64,000 bases of DNA from Tubulanus polymorphus (GCF_964204645.1 NC_134028.1:16747653-16811652), one strand, 5' to 3'; positions 1 through 14,100 are shown, counted from the stretch's first letter. The notes: generated by a model not told the origin, from the letters alone. Numbers and translations are program-made.

Positions 1-1760
1 TCATGTTCCGGCAATAGCAGGAACGCTGGTCCGTGTTTCCATCTCTTATCCAGATCCTCAACGGAAATACCTCTGGACACGTCATCATCACCTCTCCGGG
101 GATATGTTTCCAATCCGATGGATCACAATTGCTCTGAATTTCTCCAACCCTGTTAGACACAAAGGGTTTGTATGATCTGGATTCATTTCGTATCCATTCA
201 AGGACTATCATACTGTCGGTCATAAACACGACCTTCTGTATCTGTAAACGCGTTTCTTCGAGGATCGCTTTGTACAATCTACTCGCCATTACCACTGCTT
301 GAAGTTCCAATCGAGGAATGGTTAATCCTCTCAACGGTGCAACTATTGACTTTGCCGCAATGAACCTCGCTCCATAAATGTCTCCAGATTCCCATCGTGT
401 ATATACACAGGTACCGAATGCCTCTTCGGATGCGTCTGAGATACGCATAGTACAAGATTTGATACATTCCTCGGAGTGAGACATCGGTCAGTGTATATCG
501 TACTAAGCTGTTGCATTTCTTCAAAGAATTTTTTCCAATCACTCTTGTCCGCCTCCGTCAACTATTCGTCCCACTCGAGACCTTTCTGCCACAACTTTTG
601 CATGCCAATTTTGGTGCGAATCAAAAAGGCAGCTGCCATACCGATAAGATCGAAAATACTGGATATTTGGCTGAGTATCTCTCTTTTGGTATTGAAATCC
701 ACTTTTCTATTGTCTACCTTGTAGCTAAGAGAATCGCTCCTGGTTTCCAGACAACGCCTAAGACCTTCTCTTCGACGTTTCCATTTGTACAATCTGATAG
801 CGGTTCGTTCGGTCGTTATTCAGAGTTAGATAACCATCCATTCACTCGGAAACCTCCTGTCGACAGTACGTCATCCACCTCAGCTGTTAGCGCCCTTGCC
901 TCGACTAGGGTATCAACCGAGTCACAGATATTGTCCATGTAGGTATTACTTAAAAGCACCTCTGCGGCTTTCGGCTATCGCTCTTTGGCTTCTATGGCCG
1001 TTTTACGTAACGCGGCCTGGGCCATCGCTGCGGCTGGTTTGTCTCCGAGTGGGAGGACCGACATAACGTAAACGTCTGGCTCCTTTTCCGCGTCAAACTG
1101 TCTCCATAAGAAGCGATGAACATGTTGATCTACCTCAGGTATCAGCACTCGATTATACATCTTCGATATATATGCCACCAGCGCAATTGACTTCTCGCGA
1201 AATCTAAAAATCACTCCGAACAGGTTGTTGAGCAAATCGGGGCCCTTCATCCAATAGTCATTCAACGAATGACCTTGAAATGCAGACGTATTGAAAGCAA
1301 TTATCAGCGGGGTACTAAACTTGTCCGGTCTCATAACTTCTCGATGGCATATGTAATGAATTGGACCCGTGTATTCATTAACCTCCGAATCTGTCAGCTT
1401 TCTAGCGAATTTTTCTTTTACCATCATTTCAATTTGGTCATTGTAGGCCCGAGCGTGTTCTGGAGTTCTTATGAGCCTTTCTTCTGTGGACTTACGCTTT
1501 CCGTTCAACTTGTTTTCTATTATCCGGTAAGGATGACGGATCCCTACGCCAAGGAAACGGGATCATCCACTGATTCCCGACCTTCTAACAAGACTGTACG
1601 ATCAGTTTAGCCTCTTCTCGTTCGACAGGGCTAATTTTATCACGTTTGCATGTACAATCCTTCATGGTGACTCCCATCGATTCGGTGGTCCAGAAGTTCC
1701 GCAAATCTACTGGTCCTCCAGCGTTTAAGTCTACGTGGAGTATTCCCTTCTTCCCAGCTA
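1..1760 (-). pseudogene. BEL/Pao LTR retrotransposon pol fragments (RT, peptidase A17/RNase H region), frameshifted
   Basis: ORFs 975-1508 and 562-792 carry BEL motifs: SLNDYWMKGPDLLNNLFGVIFRFR, ISKMYNRV, FLWR, LPLGDKPA, TKREILSQISSIFDLIG and LWQKGLEWDE. SRG-like...WKHGPAFL lies near position 1-90. Confidence 0.9.
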
Positions 1761-2354
1761 CAGATTCAGTGGTTCTTCAACCCACCCACTGCCAGCCATA
1801 TGGGAGGCGTGTGGGAACGTCTACTCCAGTCCGTAAAAAGATGCTTGAAACTGGTTCTACAACAGCCAACAACAGATGAAGTTCTACATACGCTTATGGT
1901 GGAAGTCGAAGCAGTCGTTAACTCACGCCCGCTTGTTTACACTGGAGATGCTGAGATTCCAGAGGCGCTAACTCCGTCACACTTTTTACTCGGCCGAGGA
2001 AGTCCAAACCTGCCGCCATGCATTTTCAAGAATGAAGTAGAAGTATCTCACCAACGTCGATGGAAGCAAACCCAGATGCTAGCTGCGCATTTCTGGAACA
2101 AGTGGAGCAGAGAGTATGTACCGACACTCATCACTAGAACGAAATGGTTACGCAAACGTCCAAACCTTGCCGTAAACGATGTTGTACTCGTCGTAGATGA
2201 AGACCTACCCCGGCGCCACTGGAAGTTAGGCCGCGTCGTTAAGATATTCGTCGGAAAAGATGGAAATGTAAGATCTGCAGAAGTAAAGACCCGTAAAGGA
2301 AATTATGTGAGACCTGTTTCAAAACTTTGCGTGCTTGAAAAATCGAAAGACTAA
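1761..2354 (+). pseudogene. BEL/Pao integrase C-terminal half (DUF5641-type)
   Basis: WFFNPPTASHMGGVWERL...VNSRPL...LTPSHFLLG...FWNKWSREY...WKLGRV...GKDGNVRSAEV...RPVSKL. Confidence 0.92.
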
Positions 2355-2506
2355 GCCGTTTCAGAAGTTGAACATTAATTATAGTGATAACTTTTTCGCT
2401 TCTGCCGGAAACTATGAACTATAAACCGTTACTAATTTGCATATATTTATTAAAACGAACTGTTTGTCTGTTTATAAGATATATCCATCTGTCGTGGGGT
2501 GGAGGA

Positions 2507-2936
2507 TGTTACAGATAATCCTACTGTCATATGTGTTCAGTCTTATAAACCATTGTGTATTATTATATTGTGACAAGCTGTATATTATCTAATGTCCATT
2601 TCAGACCGGTTCCTGCTTTGAATGACTGTAATCACGTTTTCATTTGGTCCTGGTCGCATTTCTGTATATTTAAATGGTCATAATACAGTCCTCTAGCTAA
2701 CTTTAAATCTCAATTCATGCTCAAGTTCGTTTCAGTACATTTTATTGTAAATAATCTCATACCGGCACTATTTCTGTATAGCCTTATCGCAGTCATTTCC
2801 TAAGGTCCAGTATAAATACTGCTGTACTCTTAACTCTATGAAACAGTTCAAAATAAACTCCATATATTGCAGTTCTAGTCTTCAGTTCTTGCCTCAAGCC
2901 AGTTTGCGTTCACAATCATGTCCACAGTGCATTACA
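2507..2936 (+). repeat. 3' LTR of BEL/Pao element (~430 bp) preceded by polypurine tract
   Basis: GGGGTGGAGGA (PPT) lies immediately before TGTTAC at 2507. TATAAATA is at ~2811 and AATAAA at ~2852. The LTR ends ATTACA at 2936; this end is inferred, as there is no second LTR in the window. Confidence 0.7.
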
Positions 2937-3136
2937 TAAACAAGGAAAAGCGTATTTGTATCCACAGATCGTGTCCAGGTTTCCCTATATAGCGATGAAC
3001 AAAAATGAAATGAGATATATATGCCAACATAATTCTCAAGGACTGCACAGAGTAAAACGAGCCGATTAAAAACCCGATAAATGAATGTTGGTGCACAAAA
3101 TATATTTATTACGATAACGGAATGAATACATTCTGT

Positions 3137-5137
3137 TCAGGCCAGTTCAGTATCATCATCACCGGTGTTACGTCCGGAAACTATATTCTCAATCAGTTCG
3201 AACTGCGGATGATCTTTGATGACGTCAAGTAGTTGCCGGGACATACTTTCAACGGTGGCAAATTTTATTTTGTAGCGCTCGTGATCTATTGTGGCATCTT
3301 TCAGAAAGGAACACTGTTCAGGTATTGAGTCAGGTGCTGGCTTGAAAAATATTGGCTTCGTTAATCTGCCGACACGATGTTTTTGCACATATCCAAAACC
3401 CACGGTCTGTAGCTGCTCCAGTTCGACTGCAAACATTAAGTTGACAATACATGAAAACATAATAAACATACGCGAATTGTGATTTGCTGTAATTTTCAAT
3501 TGACTTACTCTGAATTTGCTGCGATTGTGACCCCTTCATGTGCTTCTGAATGCTTCTAATTTCGAGAATTGGACCATCCAGGTGACACACTGCCCGTAAC
3601 AATTTCTGGCGGAACGTCTTTATGGTTCCAATAGCAACCGTTTCCGCAGCCGATGGAAGCGTATTATTAACTGCCTGTAACATAATTCAAATTACGATGA
3701 AGTGAAATGACGACGCAGTAACATTATTGAAAGAAATGATAAAGGTACCTCGTTATTATAGTGATTTCGAATATAATGTGCGAACTGTTACATATGGAAA
3801 CAGGCCTAATTGATACTTACATCGAGAAATATGGTTTTCTGTTGGTTGATCACATGCAGGAGCTTGTTGGCGGCTTGCAGGTGTTGTACGTTGATCGTGA
3901 CTGGAATTTGAATCGGCCTTTCTTGATCAAGAAAGTTAAAAACATACTCCAGAATGTGAATCGTAGCGGCCAGTCTTAAAACGTGTACCATATGTTTGGA
4001 TGACGTGTGCATGGGCTCATTTTCGTAAGCTTGGGAAATCGTCAGATATTGACTTTCGGTAGCTTCGTTTTCTGAAATGATAATAATAACAAAATGCTTA
4101 TGCATGCTGATGTCCAGTAATACAAAGTCGCCATCTATCCATTAACACTACTACAATCGATACACTCAATGAATTAGAAATGACATGGGCGTAGTGAGAA
4201 GAATCAATGTTCATATATGTATATTGACAGATATGTATATTTACCGTTTTCGGAATCAGTAGCATATTGGTCGTTAATGAACGATATGTAGGCATCTGTG
4301 ATTGTGTCGAATTGAGCTGTGGCCTCCTCATCCAATATTTACTGTATGTCCGCATCTTTATGAATATCATAGATGTGTTTGAATATTTTTTCCACGTGTC
4401 TGAGATTCGATGATCACGCAGCTGTGATACATGTTGTTTATTGACTGCAGACGTATACGCTTTCGGTTTCGTAACAAAAAACAGTAATCGGTCGATGAAC
4501 CATCATTCGTGCTAAACATCGCGCCTAGTTCATTAATTAGCGGTTCGACTTGGACTAAAATGTGCATACCGAGAGCAGTTTTCTCAAAACCACGCTCTCC
4601 AGTTGATAATGTACTGGCATCGCCGATACCGCCCCACATTTTGCACAGAAGGCTTCTTTCTGATTCACCTTTGTGCTGTTTATTATTAATCTGCTGCAAT
4701 AACCGGCTGCCTTCATCACTTATAATTAGGCCGTAGCCTTTGTTTTTCGATTGATGGTGCTGAATTCCGGCTGTCGAATATGTTTCCAGTTGCAAATTGT
4801 TTGTCGTATCAGCGGTATATTGGCGAAGGCCAGGCATGACAATTTTTTGATAGGCCATGGATTTCCCACCACCGGGATCGCACACGGTGATCAGATACAA
4901 GTTCAGAGTTGAGGAATATGTTCCGGCGTTAATTGTTGTCGTCGGTCCTGCTAGTGCGGCTGCCATTGACCAGAGCGTGGTCATTATGATGTCAATGGGT
5001 ATGTTGAACGCTTTATGCAGGATCAATGTCCAAGCGAATAATTCCGGCGATAATATTTCATCCCATTGAACTTTCACAGAATATGCCGTCTTGTATATCT
5101 TCTTTAAACTCTGGCGGTCGAAACGTTTTGTAGACAT
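3137..5137 (-). pseudogene. Spliced DUF3987/YfjI-like P-loop ATPase (helicase-like) gene, frameshifted
   Basis: Walker A LYLITVCDPGGGKS and Walker B-like LIISDEG, with STAGI, LCKMWGG and VLRLAA motifs. GTAAGT donors near 3819 and 3508 and pyrimidine-CAG acceptors near 3675 and 3426 join the downstream ORFs. TATATAAA lies upstream of the ATG at ~5175. Confidence 0.65.
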
Positions 5138-5905
5138 GACGTTAGCGATATCAGCGTGTGTGTGATTTGTTGTGGTTTATATAGACGTAGGGATTGAGAT
5201 AAGTACTCAGTTTTGATGCCATGAGTGAATTTGTTTAGAAAGCATTTTGATATGTGTTCAGAGTGGCACGTTTACAAAGACCCGAAATATCGAAAAGGAA
5301 ACACCTGAAAAGCCGTGCAGTCAGGACGTTGAACAGAGAAACCAAGATCCAAACGACGTAATGCAAAACCAACAAAACGAAGCATTACTCAGTTTGAAAG
5401 CGCTATATCGACTACAATTAGATGAAATCACAAATATTCATTTCAATGGAATTTTCCAAATCAACATTGACAATAAAAAAAGAATCGCCTTCACTAGGCG
5501 CTTTATTGGGCTTGTTTTGGTCGCTCATCGTGGTCACTCGACCTTCATTAGTGCGACGGCAGCGAAATGATTGTTTTCCAGTTGTACCGCCGTATTGTGA
5601 GTAGAAATGAATGAACGCAGCGCGGGAAATGTAATTGACACGCGTCATCGCGTTAAATGAACTACTTCATTCGTAGTCCAGCGACATCGATGCTTTTGTT
5701 GATTTATATCCCCCCATAGGTTAAAATATTAGAAAACATATCGTTGCATTAAGTAGTGTGTGACATGTCAAGAAATATTGAATAGTGTATGTAGTGTCAT
5801 GTCAGGTGAGTGAAATTTCGACTACTCCGATGTGACGGTAAACTAAAGCCTATAAATTGTGACATTCTGGTGATACCACGCACCTAGTTGTAAAGTTGAG
5901 CGATC

Positions 5906-6934
5906 ATGGCGACTGGCGATGTGGTTGCGTTAGGGCCGCAAAGGCCTGCACCTGGAATTATTAGTTCCGTCAATGAGGCGCTAATTTCTGATGTAAAATG
6001 TCGACAATATTTAATGTCGCAAAGACTTTTAGCCACAGAGTTAATGTGTGAGGTACGTACAGTAAGGTACCGTATAGTGTTCGGTAATCATTTTCATTCA
6101 GCATATTTATGTTTTAAGTAGGCTTTTTACGTTGACGATTATTTTCCAGACATGCAATGTGGCCTTGAAGTTGACGCCACGCCAAAACATATCGGACGGG
6201 GTTGCTTGGTATTGCCGGTTATGCCAGTGAACGAAATCAATCCGGAATGGATCATACTTTTCAAGGTCAAAACTGAAACTCCAGACGTTGCTGTTAATCA
6301 TATATTCATTCGGCATTGATTTGCAACAGTATGAGTTGCAAAAGTTGGAACCAAATATCAACGCGAAAGCCGTAATGGACCATTACCATTTTCTACAAGA
6401 AATCATGTCGGCAGCCCTAATGAAGAAACCCACGCGCATGGGTGGAAATGTGGTAGATGGAATTGTGGAAATCGACGAGAGCCTATTCGGAAAAAAAGCA
6501 AAGGCTCACAGGGGAACCAGCAAACAGCGAAATTGGATTTTTGGTTTGGTTGTGGTACACGTAATCTGTTTTTACGAGTCGTTCCATGTCGTTCATCCGA
6601 TACGTTGGTGCCAATAATTCGAGAGGTAGTTGAAACTGGTGCGACGGTGTATTCGGACATGTTGAGTGCATATCGGTGTTTAGAGAGATGTGGATATCGG
6701 CACGGAACTGTGAACCATTCGAAGGAATTCAAAAGCGCTGACGGGGTGTGTACCAACACCATCGAAGGAATATGGGGTAGTGTGAAAGGGAAAATTAAGG
6801 AAAGACACGGTTGCATTCCGAGCATGTTGCCATTATACTTAGATGAATACATGTACAGATACCGATTTGGCACTGGAAATGGTGATATATTTCACACGCT
6901 ATTGGCCGATATCGCTGATCAATACGCCGTTTAG
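5906..6934 (+). pseudogene. Merlin (IS1016/IS1595-like, ISXO2 DDE) transposase, two exons (5906-6052, 6150-6934), one stop and one frameshift
   Basis: A spliced Zn ribbon reads C-E|T-C...DGVAWYCRLC..SIRNGSYFSRSKL. Catalytic motifs are VEIDES, VYSD..AY, TVNHS..F, TNTIEGIW and YLDEYMYR. Confidence 0.9.
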
Positions 6935-7148
6935 AACAACATTAAAATGACTTCCGAAAATTGAAGCCCAATTTCTTGGCTACCCCTACGCGATTATTGA
7001 AACCGATGATACGATATTAGTGAAACCTGACAAGGACGTTTTCATTTGTAAATAATAAAGTTTTTTCTTGAAATTTCCTTTGAGACAGATTTCTTTGTGT
7101 TTGAGATCATCATGTGGTTGTAGTCCTCAAATTCAATTACAAGTCGGC

Positions 7149-7174
7149 AAACAATATTGGGCCCAATATTGTTT
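7149..7174. repeat. 26-bp perfect palindrome downstream of the Merlin transposase
   Basis: AAACAATATTGGG|CCCAATATTGTTT. Confidence 0.95.
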
Positions 7175-7388
7175 TACACTGAGATTTTTGCCTAAAAACC
7201 TCTAAAAATCGGTGGTTGGCGCAAGCAAAAGACATGAATAAAACAATTGGAAACGATATCAAGAATTATAACAACATAATTTTATTGTAATATGATTTTT
7301 GAAAACGATTTGTACCAGTCGATTCCTCATACCAAAATAAATATAAAACGACGAAAGTTTGATAGACGGTTCAAAAGTAACGGAATCT

Positions 7389-7609
7389 ACAGTTCACGAC
7401 GTATTGCATGTAGTGTCTACCTGCCGACCCCAATTACAGATAAACAGCAGGGGAATACTCACATCGACAGTTCACGACGTATTGTATGTAGTGTCTACCT
7501 GCCGACCCCAACTACAGATAAACAGCCGATTTACTCAATTGACTTTACGCATAGCGCACTATTTCGACGTATATCGGACTTGAGCCGAATTTTGTGCACA
7601 AAAATACCC
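7389..7609. repeat. Two ~60-bp direct repeats (78-bp period) and probable right terminus of the Merlin element (...AAAATACCC)
   Basis: ACAGTTCACGACGTATTG...CAGATAAACAGC occurs at 7389 and 7467. Homology to the 58130 copy of flanking DNA starts abruptly at ~7615, marking an insertion boundary ending in CC (Merlin TIRs begin GG). Confidence 0.5.
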
Positions 7610-8281
7610 TGTTAATTTGATATTTTGGGATTTGGATGAGGAGTCAGACATTTAGACTGTAATGAGTAGTAAAAAAAAAGATTTTAACGATGGGTAGAGT
7701 AATCTCCAGTGTCTTTATTTGAATATCGACAATCTTACACGATATTGTGTCAGTCACTGTTGTAAGTATTTCGACTTTGGCATGAACGATAGGACAGGAG
7801 CGATATTTTTGCATTGGACCCCCAAATGTGACCCAACCCACCCAGTGCACCCCATTTTTCCAAATTTAGATGTTTAATTTTCGAAGTCATGCACCTCTTT
7901 GTAGATGCGTAAAATAAATCAGTCAATTACAGATGATATCCACTAAAATAGGCCCTAATAAGTCAGTGACTGCATCCAGCAAAATAACCACTTCCTAATT
8001 TCATCAATATGCAAATCATCTAGGACACACAGGACTTAACAATAAAACATTCGGTATGTTAAAAACCCCCTCTACTAGAACAGTTACTAGGCCTACATTA
8101 TAACAATGATCTTCTTCCCGTCATGGAGATATAATAAAAATGAATGGCCACTATTGCAATGCTCATAATTGATCCAATTTGCGAAAATCCTGGGTATCTA
8201 AATCAATTTATGCGTATTAAAATTTTTGATCATTTTTTCGTATATCTTAAATTTAAAATTCTGCTTACAGATTTTTTATAG

Positions 8282-9775
8282 CTCAAAGTTCAAAGTTGAG
8301 CAGGATCGAATAGACAGTATTATGAATCCACCTATTTGTTCGGTCTTAGATGCTTTGTCAGCTCCTAAAAGACGACGTATTAGTGTTTCGGCAAAAGTCG
8401 AAAAGGTACGTATCCCTCGTCTTATTCCCGCTTAATATGGCTATTTTAACCAATATTGCTTTTACTCTTCTACTTGTACATAAACTAATATGTGCTGTCA
8501 TAACTGAAATTCTTACTATTGCTACTACTAATTGAACTACAGCCAAATCCTTACTCCATATGTAAACACGTAAATTCAAATCCATTATCTTATATTTTAT
8601 CCTAACAATTTAGCAATAATTCTTTTTTCACAAAGTCACTTGGTGCTAGGACCTGTTTTGATTGTATGGTGACATTTATTTTCAATTTTTATCAAGGTAA
8701 TTCAGAGCCCTGGTAAGCGAACCGATGTTCATCTATCTGATGACAACAATAATAAATTAGTCGCAAAATTTTGGAATGGTATTGAAGTTAGTGCTGGGTC
8801 TAGAGTTACCGTCAAGCGCATGGAAGTAAATATCTATAATAACGAAACGGAAATACAGTCTACTCCTACCACTACATTAGAGGTAAAGTAAACATTCATC
8901 ATATTTCTTCTAATATTATATTGAAGCCATCCTATTTTATTAAATATTATACATGGGATCATTCTTTAATTACGAACACATAAAATTTGAATTGTTCAAC
9001 CATCCCTCTCCCTCTGTAGGCCTACACAAATTTTTTCGTATACATTAAGCATTACAGTACACAATTACACTGACCCCTCCCCCTCCCCTAATGCGTACGT
9101 AATAAATAAATGATCCCTATTTTAAAATCAAGCTATTTACATAGCTAGTGTGAATTACTTTACATATATGTATCTACAATATAATTGTACATTGCATTTT
9201 TCAGTCAATTGAATCTACATTACATATGTTACTCATCTGTAACCGTCAAGATATTGTACTTATAGTAGAACTTATGACAGATATCAATTAACTATCCAAT
9301 TGTTAACAGTCATCCATGCTATTCTATACTACCTAGTACACATTTCATATCTACAGTATGTCAACATCTCTCGTTATACCACCTCTTACTGTCCACCATA
9401 ACCCCAACAACCTTTACACTTCCGAATTTAATTTGAATTAATGTCATTGCTAGATTTCATTAATAGACATGTCTTGTACATATGTCTCTACCAGTGGCTT
9501 CATTGTTTTAGTGGAAAAACAAACATCCCATAAATAAAACCTAAGTTATAAAATGAATTCTATATACATTACTATCAGTATTTTGTAATCAGATATATAT
9601 ATATATTTTTAACATTTATCTTTTCAAATTTTATGTTTATACGTTGAAAAATGCAAAGACAACCATGGCACATAAGCATTAGAAGCTGACATCTTAGCTC
9701 TACAGTTCGATTTACCACGAGACGTCATGTACACTTGTGAGGGAGACATGATCACAGAAATTGATTTGATTGAAT
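8282..9775 (+). pseudogene. Spliced OB-fold (RPA/SSB-like) gene, copy 1: exons 8282-8405, 8697-8882, degenerate ~9643-9775
   Basis: Canonical AG/GT phase-0 junctions give RRRISVSAKVEK|VIQSPGKRTDVHLSDDNNNKLVAKFWNGIEVSAGSRVTVKRMEVNIYNNETEIQSTPTTTLE, the beta-strand pattern of an OB fold. The third exon has a mutated acceptor and a deletion. Confidence 0.6.
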
Positions 9776-11115
9776 TATAACTACACCAAATACCTCACTT
9801 TTCTGGGGCCAGTTGCTCAAAAGTTAGTTAGAGTCAATAGACTTAGTATCTATGAAACATATTCTTATTTTTGTCAAATTGTTTATATGGTAAAAGCCAT
9901 GCACAATAAATGTTATACTATTATCATTAATATATTTCAACTTTGTTACATATTGTTTATTCTGCTTCATACCCATATCACGTCTTTTCAATTTAATCAA
10001 TCCTAGGGATAATCAAATTGGTTAAAAATCCTTGCCAACAGTACACCCTACCCTTTTATACCCAGGCACATACCAGGCCCAGACACAGCCTTTCTTTTAA
10101 GTGAGTGCGAATTTAGATGGAGTGGAACTTATTTGATGGTGGAACTGGAGATTGTGAGCACTGTCGGTGAAAAGCCCCCTGGGGTGTTCTGCAAAGAAAA
10201 TTTAGAATATTTTAAGCATTCTAGATCCCGATTTCTAGCTATTACACAATATTGGTTAGACAATATTGCATATAACAGAGTCGTTGAAAATTTTCTTAGA
10301 CAAAGCAAGTGGAACTAGGGATCATGTGGGGAAGTGCGTTCGCACCCAACACTAAACTGTAACTTTTCGGACATGATCAAAGTAACCCCTGGCAAGCAAA
10401 GACGATTGTCATTCAGAAACTTGGTCTACAAACGAAAGTTCAGTGAATAAAAGAGTCGAATTTGTCAGATTAAATTTCCTTTCAAGTAAATTCGGCATTA
10501 TGAGTTTTCCGGTTTGCTCGGCTACCCGTACTGGCGGGGTAGTCTAGAGAGGCTAATGAAAACTCCGGTTTGCTGAACCACCCCTCTTTGCGGGGATGCG
10601 GTATGATGTTTGATCTGACAGTTTCAAGTGGTTAATGGCTGTTTCAAGTGCTTACAACGATGCTTATTACTTCGTGGTACATGGTGGTTTAAAAAAAGAT
10701 TTCATAATAATACGCTCACCGCGTGGGCTTCGTAGAAAGACCACTACCTGTGACCTTCCCAAATTTTAATTGTCCTGTCCGATTTGGTTTCATCCAATTG
10801 AGAGACTGCCTTTTCCAGTTAGGGCATTTTTAGATCACGTCACTCCAGAAAATGATTTCATTTGAGCTATAGACCACAATGGTATCAACAATATCCGAGT
10901 CTGACCACTTGACTTCGAATTTCGGAAATTTATCATGTAATGTTTGTTTTCAAACCTCTAAGGAATCATCATTGCAAATTCATCACTGACCATCACTGAC
11001 CACCAATGACCAATTCAAACTTCTCGAATATGAAAACGATATACCGCGTTATGGTTTCAAACTAGAAAGGATTCGCCATTGAAAATTCATAAATTGACCA
11101 TCACTGACCACCACG

Positions 11116-14100
11116 CTGCCCTAGCATGATAAAAGGCAGTAACTCAATTTTTGGGGAAATTTATTTTTTCAACTTTTCTGAAGTAAAAGAATGTGCGCAA
11201 TCACCTGGTCAAGTCCGTTTTTTTATATATAGTTCGGTTTGTGAGATATAGAGGGCGCTATTTGAAAAAAAACCCTGTAAAGCGAGATAAAAAGCAGCAT
11301 CTCTGGACAAGTATACATCAATCTCGGAACAAACAACAGTAACTCAAAGATACTGCCTTTCAACATAGTGTAGTTACGAGTTGCTGCTGTTCATAATAAT
11401 CAATAACAGAGATACTGTTATTTAAGTCACCAGCCTATAAAGTTACTGCTTTTTAAAATATCGCGCCGCGAAGTTACTTTCTTTTAAAATACCTGCAATC
11501 AAAGTTACTGCTTTTCTACATACCAGGAACCTCGAGTCACTTCTTTTTCATACTACTCTAATTTTCTGCATGTGCTGCCATCTATTGAGTGATAGTAATA
11601 CCACGCTTGACACTTTTCTTAAATGATCTTAAAATCAAACTTGTTCGCTACTGAGTTAGGAATATATTCAATGAAAATCAAGTTGCACAATTCAAATGAT
11701 TAGTTAATGTCAATTTATGAGATAACTTTCAGTCATGTTGGACGTTGAAGCTGGTATAGATATTCACCAAATATATAGGTTTCAGTAAGTCATATATTTA
11801 ACTTTTTTAATGATGAAGATTATAATTGGTAATTACCATTTTTTGACGATCACTGTGACGTACTGCAATATGTCGTCCCGTGGAATGAAAATGCTACAAT
11901 TGGCGCTAGGGAAAAGGTCTCCTGGTAAGTGTCATTCATTGTTTTGTAATCTGAAGTTGAGGGGTGTATATATTCATAGATACTGTCTAAATGTCGATTA
12001 GGTTTCATTTTATGGATCGATGAGCTTTAAAAAGATAAAGTTGGTTATTCTTTTATTGAAAAAAAACGAATGTCCAAAGTGAAGAAAGTACCTCCTTAGT
12101 AATAATTTCTGTACACTCATTATTCTCGGCGGTGTAAATTAAAACGATTACTCGCGAATAGATAAGATTGCTTAAAAAAGCCACCTTCGTTGAAACATCT
12201 GATATTTTAAATATTTTCGATTTCTTTTTGCCACTACTAAAACACGATGGGTTCTGAGAAAATAACTGCTGATGTTTAAAATATATTAACATTTTGTTTT
12301 TAGAGCGAAAACGGAGACGCTTAACGCCGACAATTCTAACGCTGCCGCCCATACCTGGACCTGTAGTCACCCACGTTGATTTTGATGGAGATGTTCCTGT
12401 GGGTGAAGGGCTATTAGAATTAAGCACATTAAACACAACGATAGACATGAATTTTGTCAATCAGCTAAACGACGATGACGTCAGTGATCCAAATATTGAT
12501 TCAGAATTAGGTGACATAGCCCCCAATAGTTTTGAGAACCATATAGATGAAAATGTCACTGCTGATGGATATCAAATTGTGATGCGTGAACCAGCCGAAA
12601 ATCATGCAGCTGATGAAATCATCACTGCTAGCGGACAGCATACTAAGATGGTTAATCTAACCGCTGAAAACAACGTCGAACATCAAGATGAAGATAAAGA
12701 AAATCAACCAGAAAAATCGAAAAAAAAGTATAAGTACAAAAAAGAAATGCGGACCCATGAAGGCAGAAGAAAGCGAGATTCTGCGAAGCATATATTAAAA
12801 GCTGGTTGCAACGTACAATGTAGAAGGATGTGCTGTGAAGTCATATCGGAGCAAAGACGTGAGGCAATCTGGGAGGAATATTGGTCTTTGGATAGTTATA
12901 ATGACCGAAGGAAATTTATTTACAATTACGTTGGTCGCACAACAGTAGTTCGGAAAACAAACGGTGGTGATTCTAGGCGGAATTTCAGTTTCAGATATTC
13001 ATTTCTCGCACAAGATGGGAATGAAGTCCCCGTTTGTAAAACATTTTTTCTGACAACGTTAGGCTATCACCCAAAAAATGATTCGATTGTTTTCAACATT
13101 ATGAAGAATACACCTGTCACAAATATGTCACCTGCAAATGATAGACGTGGAACAACTCATAACATGAAAACTATCGACAAGAATATTATTAAAGACCATA
13201 TTGAGGCATTCAATCCGTGTGTAAGCCACTATCGGCGGGAGCATGCGCCCAATCGGCGGTATCTACCGTCAGACATTACAATAAAAACAATGCACCACGA
13301 TTTCCTAGAAAAGCATCCTAATGGTTGTAGCTATACCACGTACCGACACCAAGTTTCAGAGATGGGTATTAGTTTTGCTAAGCTAGGAGAAGAGCAGTGC
13401 GAGCAGTGCCTCAAGCATGAAATCCACACTAAAGAGGACCACAACCTAGCAGAATGTTCAATTTGCAAAAATCAGGAAGCCCATGCAACCAGAGCAGAAA
13501 CAGGAAGACGGCATTACAAACAAGACGCTGAATCTGGCCAGTTAAACGACACTATTATCCGTGCAGTAGATCTGCAAAAGGTGATCATGTTGCCCCGGAT
13601 GCCAGGAATAAAGAGCGTACTCTTCACTAAAAGATTGGTATGTTATCATGAAACGTTTGCGACAGTTGGCAAAAAGAGTAACACATGTAACAAACGGCCC
13701 AATATTTCCATCATCTGGCATGAAGGAGTTGCTGGACGTGCAGCAGAAGAGGTTTCCTCTGCATTTTACAATGCCATTTTGCAGGACAGCACGTACGAAC
13801 ACGTCGTATTCTGGCTTGATAATTGTTCAAGCCAGAATAAGTGCTATTGCCTGTTTACAACAATGATAACATTAGTGAACTCAGAGCTCATCAAAGCAAA
13901 AGACATCACATTCAAATATTTCGAACCAGGCCACACTTTCATGGCTGCTGATAGTATACACGCTGGAGTAGAAGCCCAATATAAGAAGGTTCCAGGTGGA
14001 AACGTATTTAATTTTGATGATTTCCGTCATGTAATTTCTGATTCAAATGGTAGAACAATTGATGTGATTGAAATAACAAATGACGACTTTCATGCCTGGA

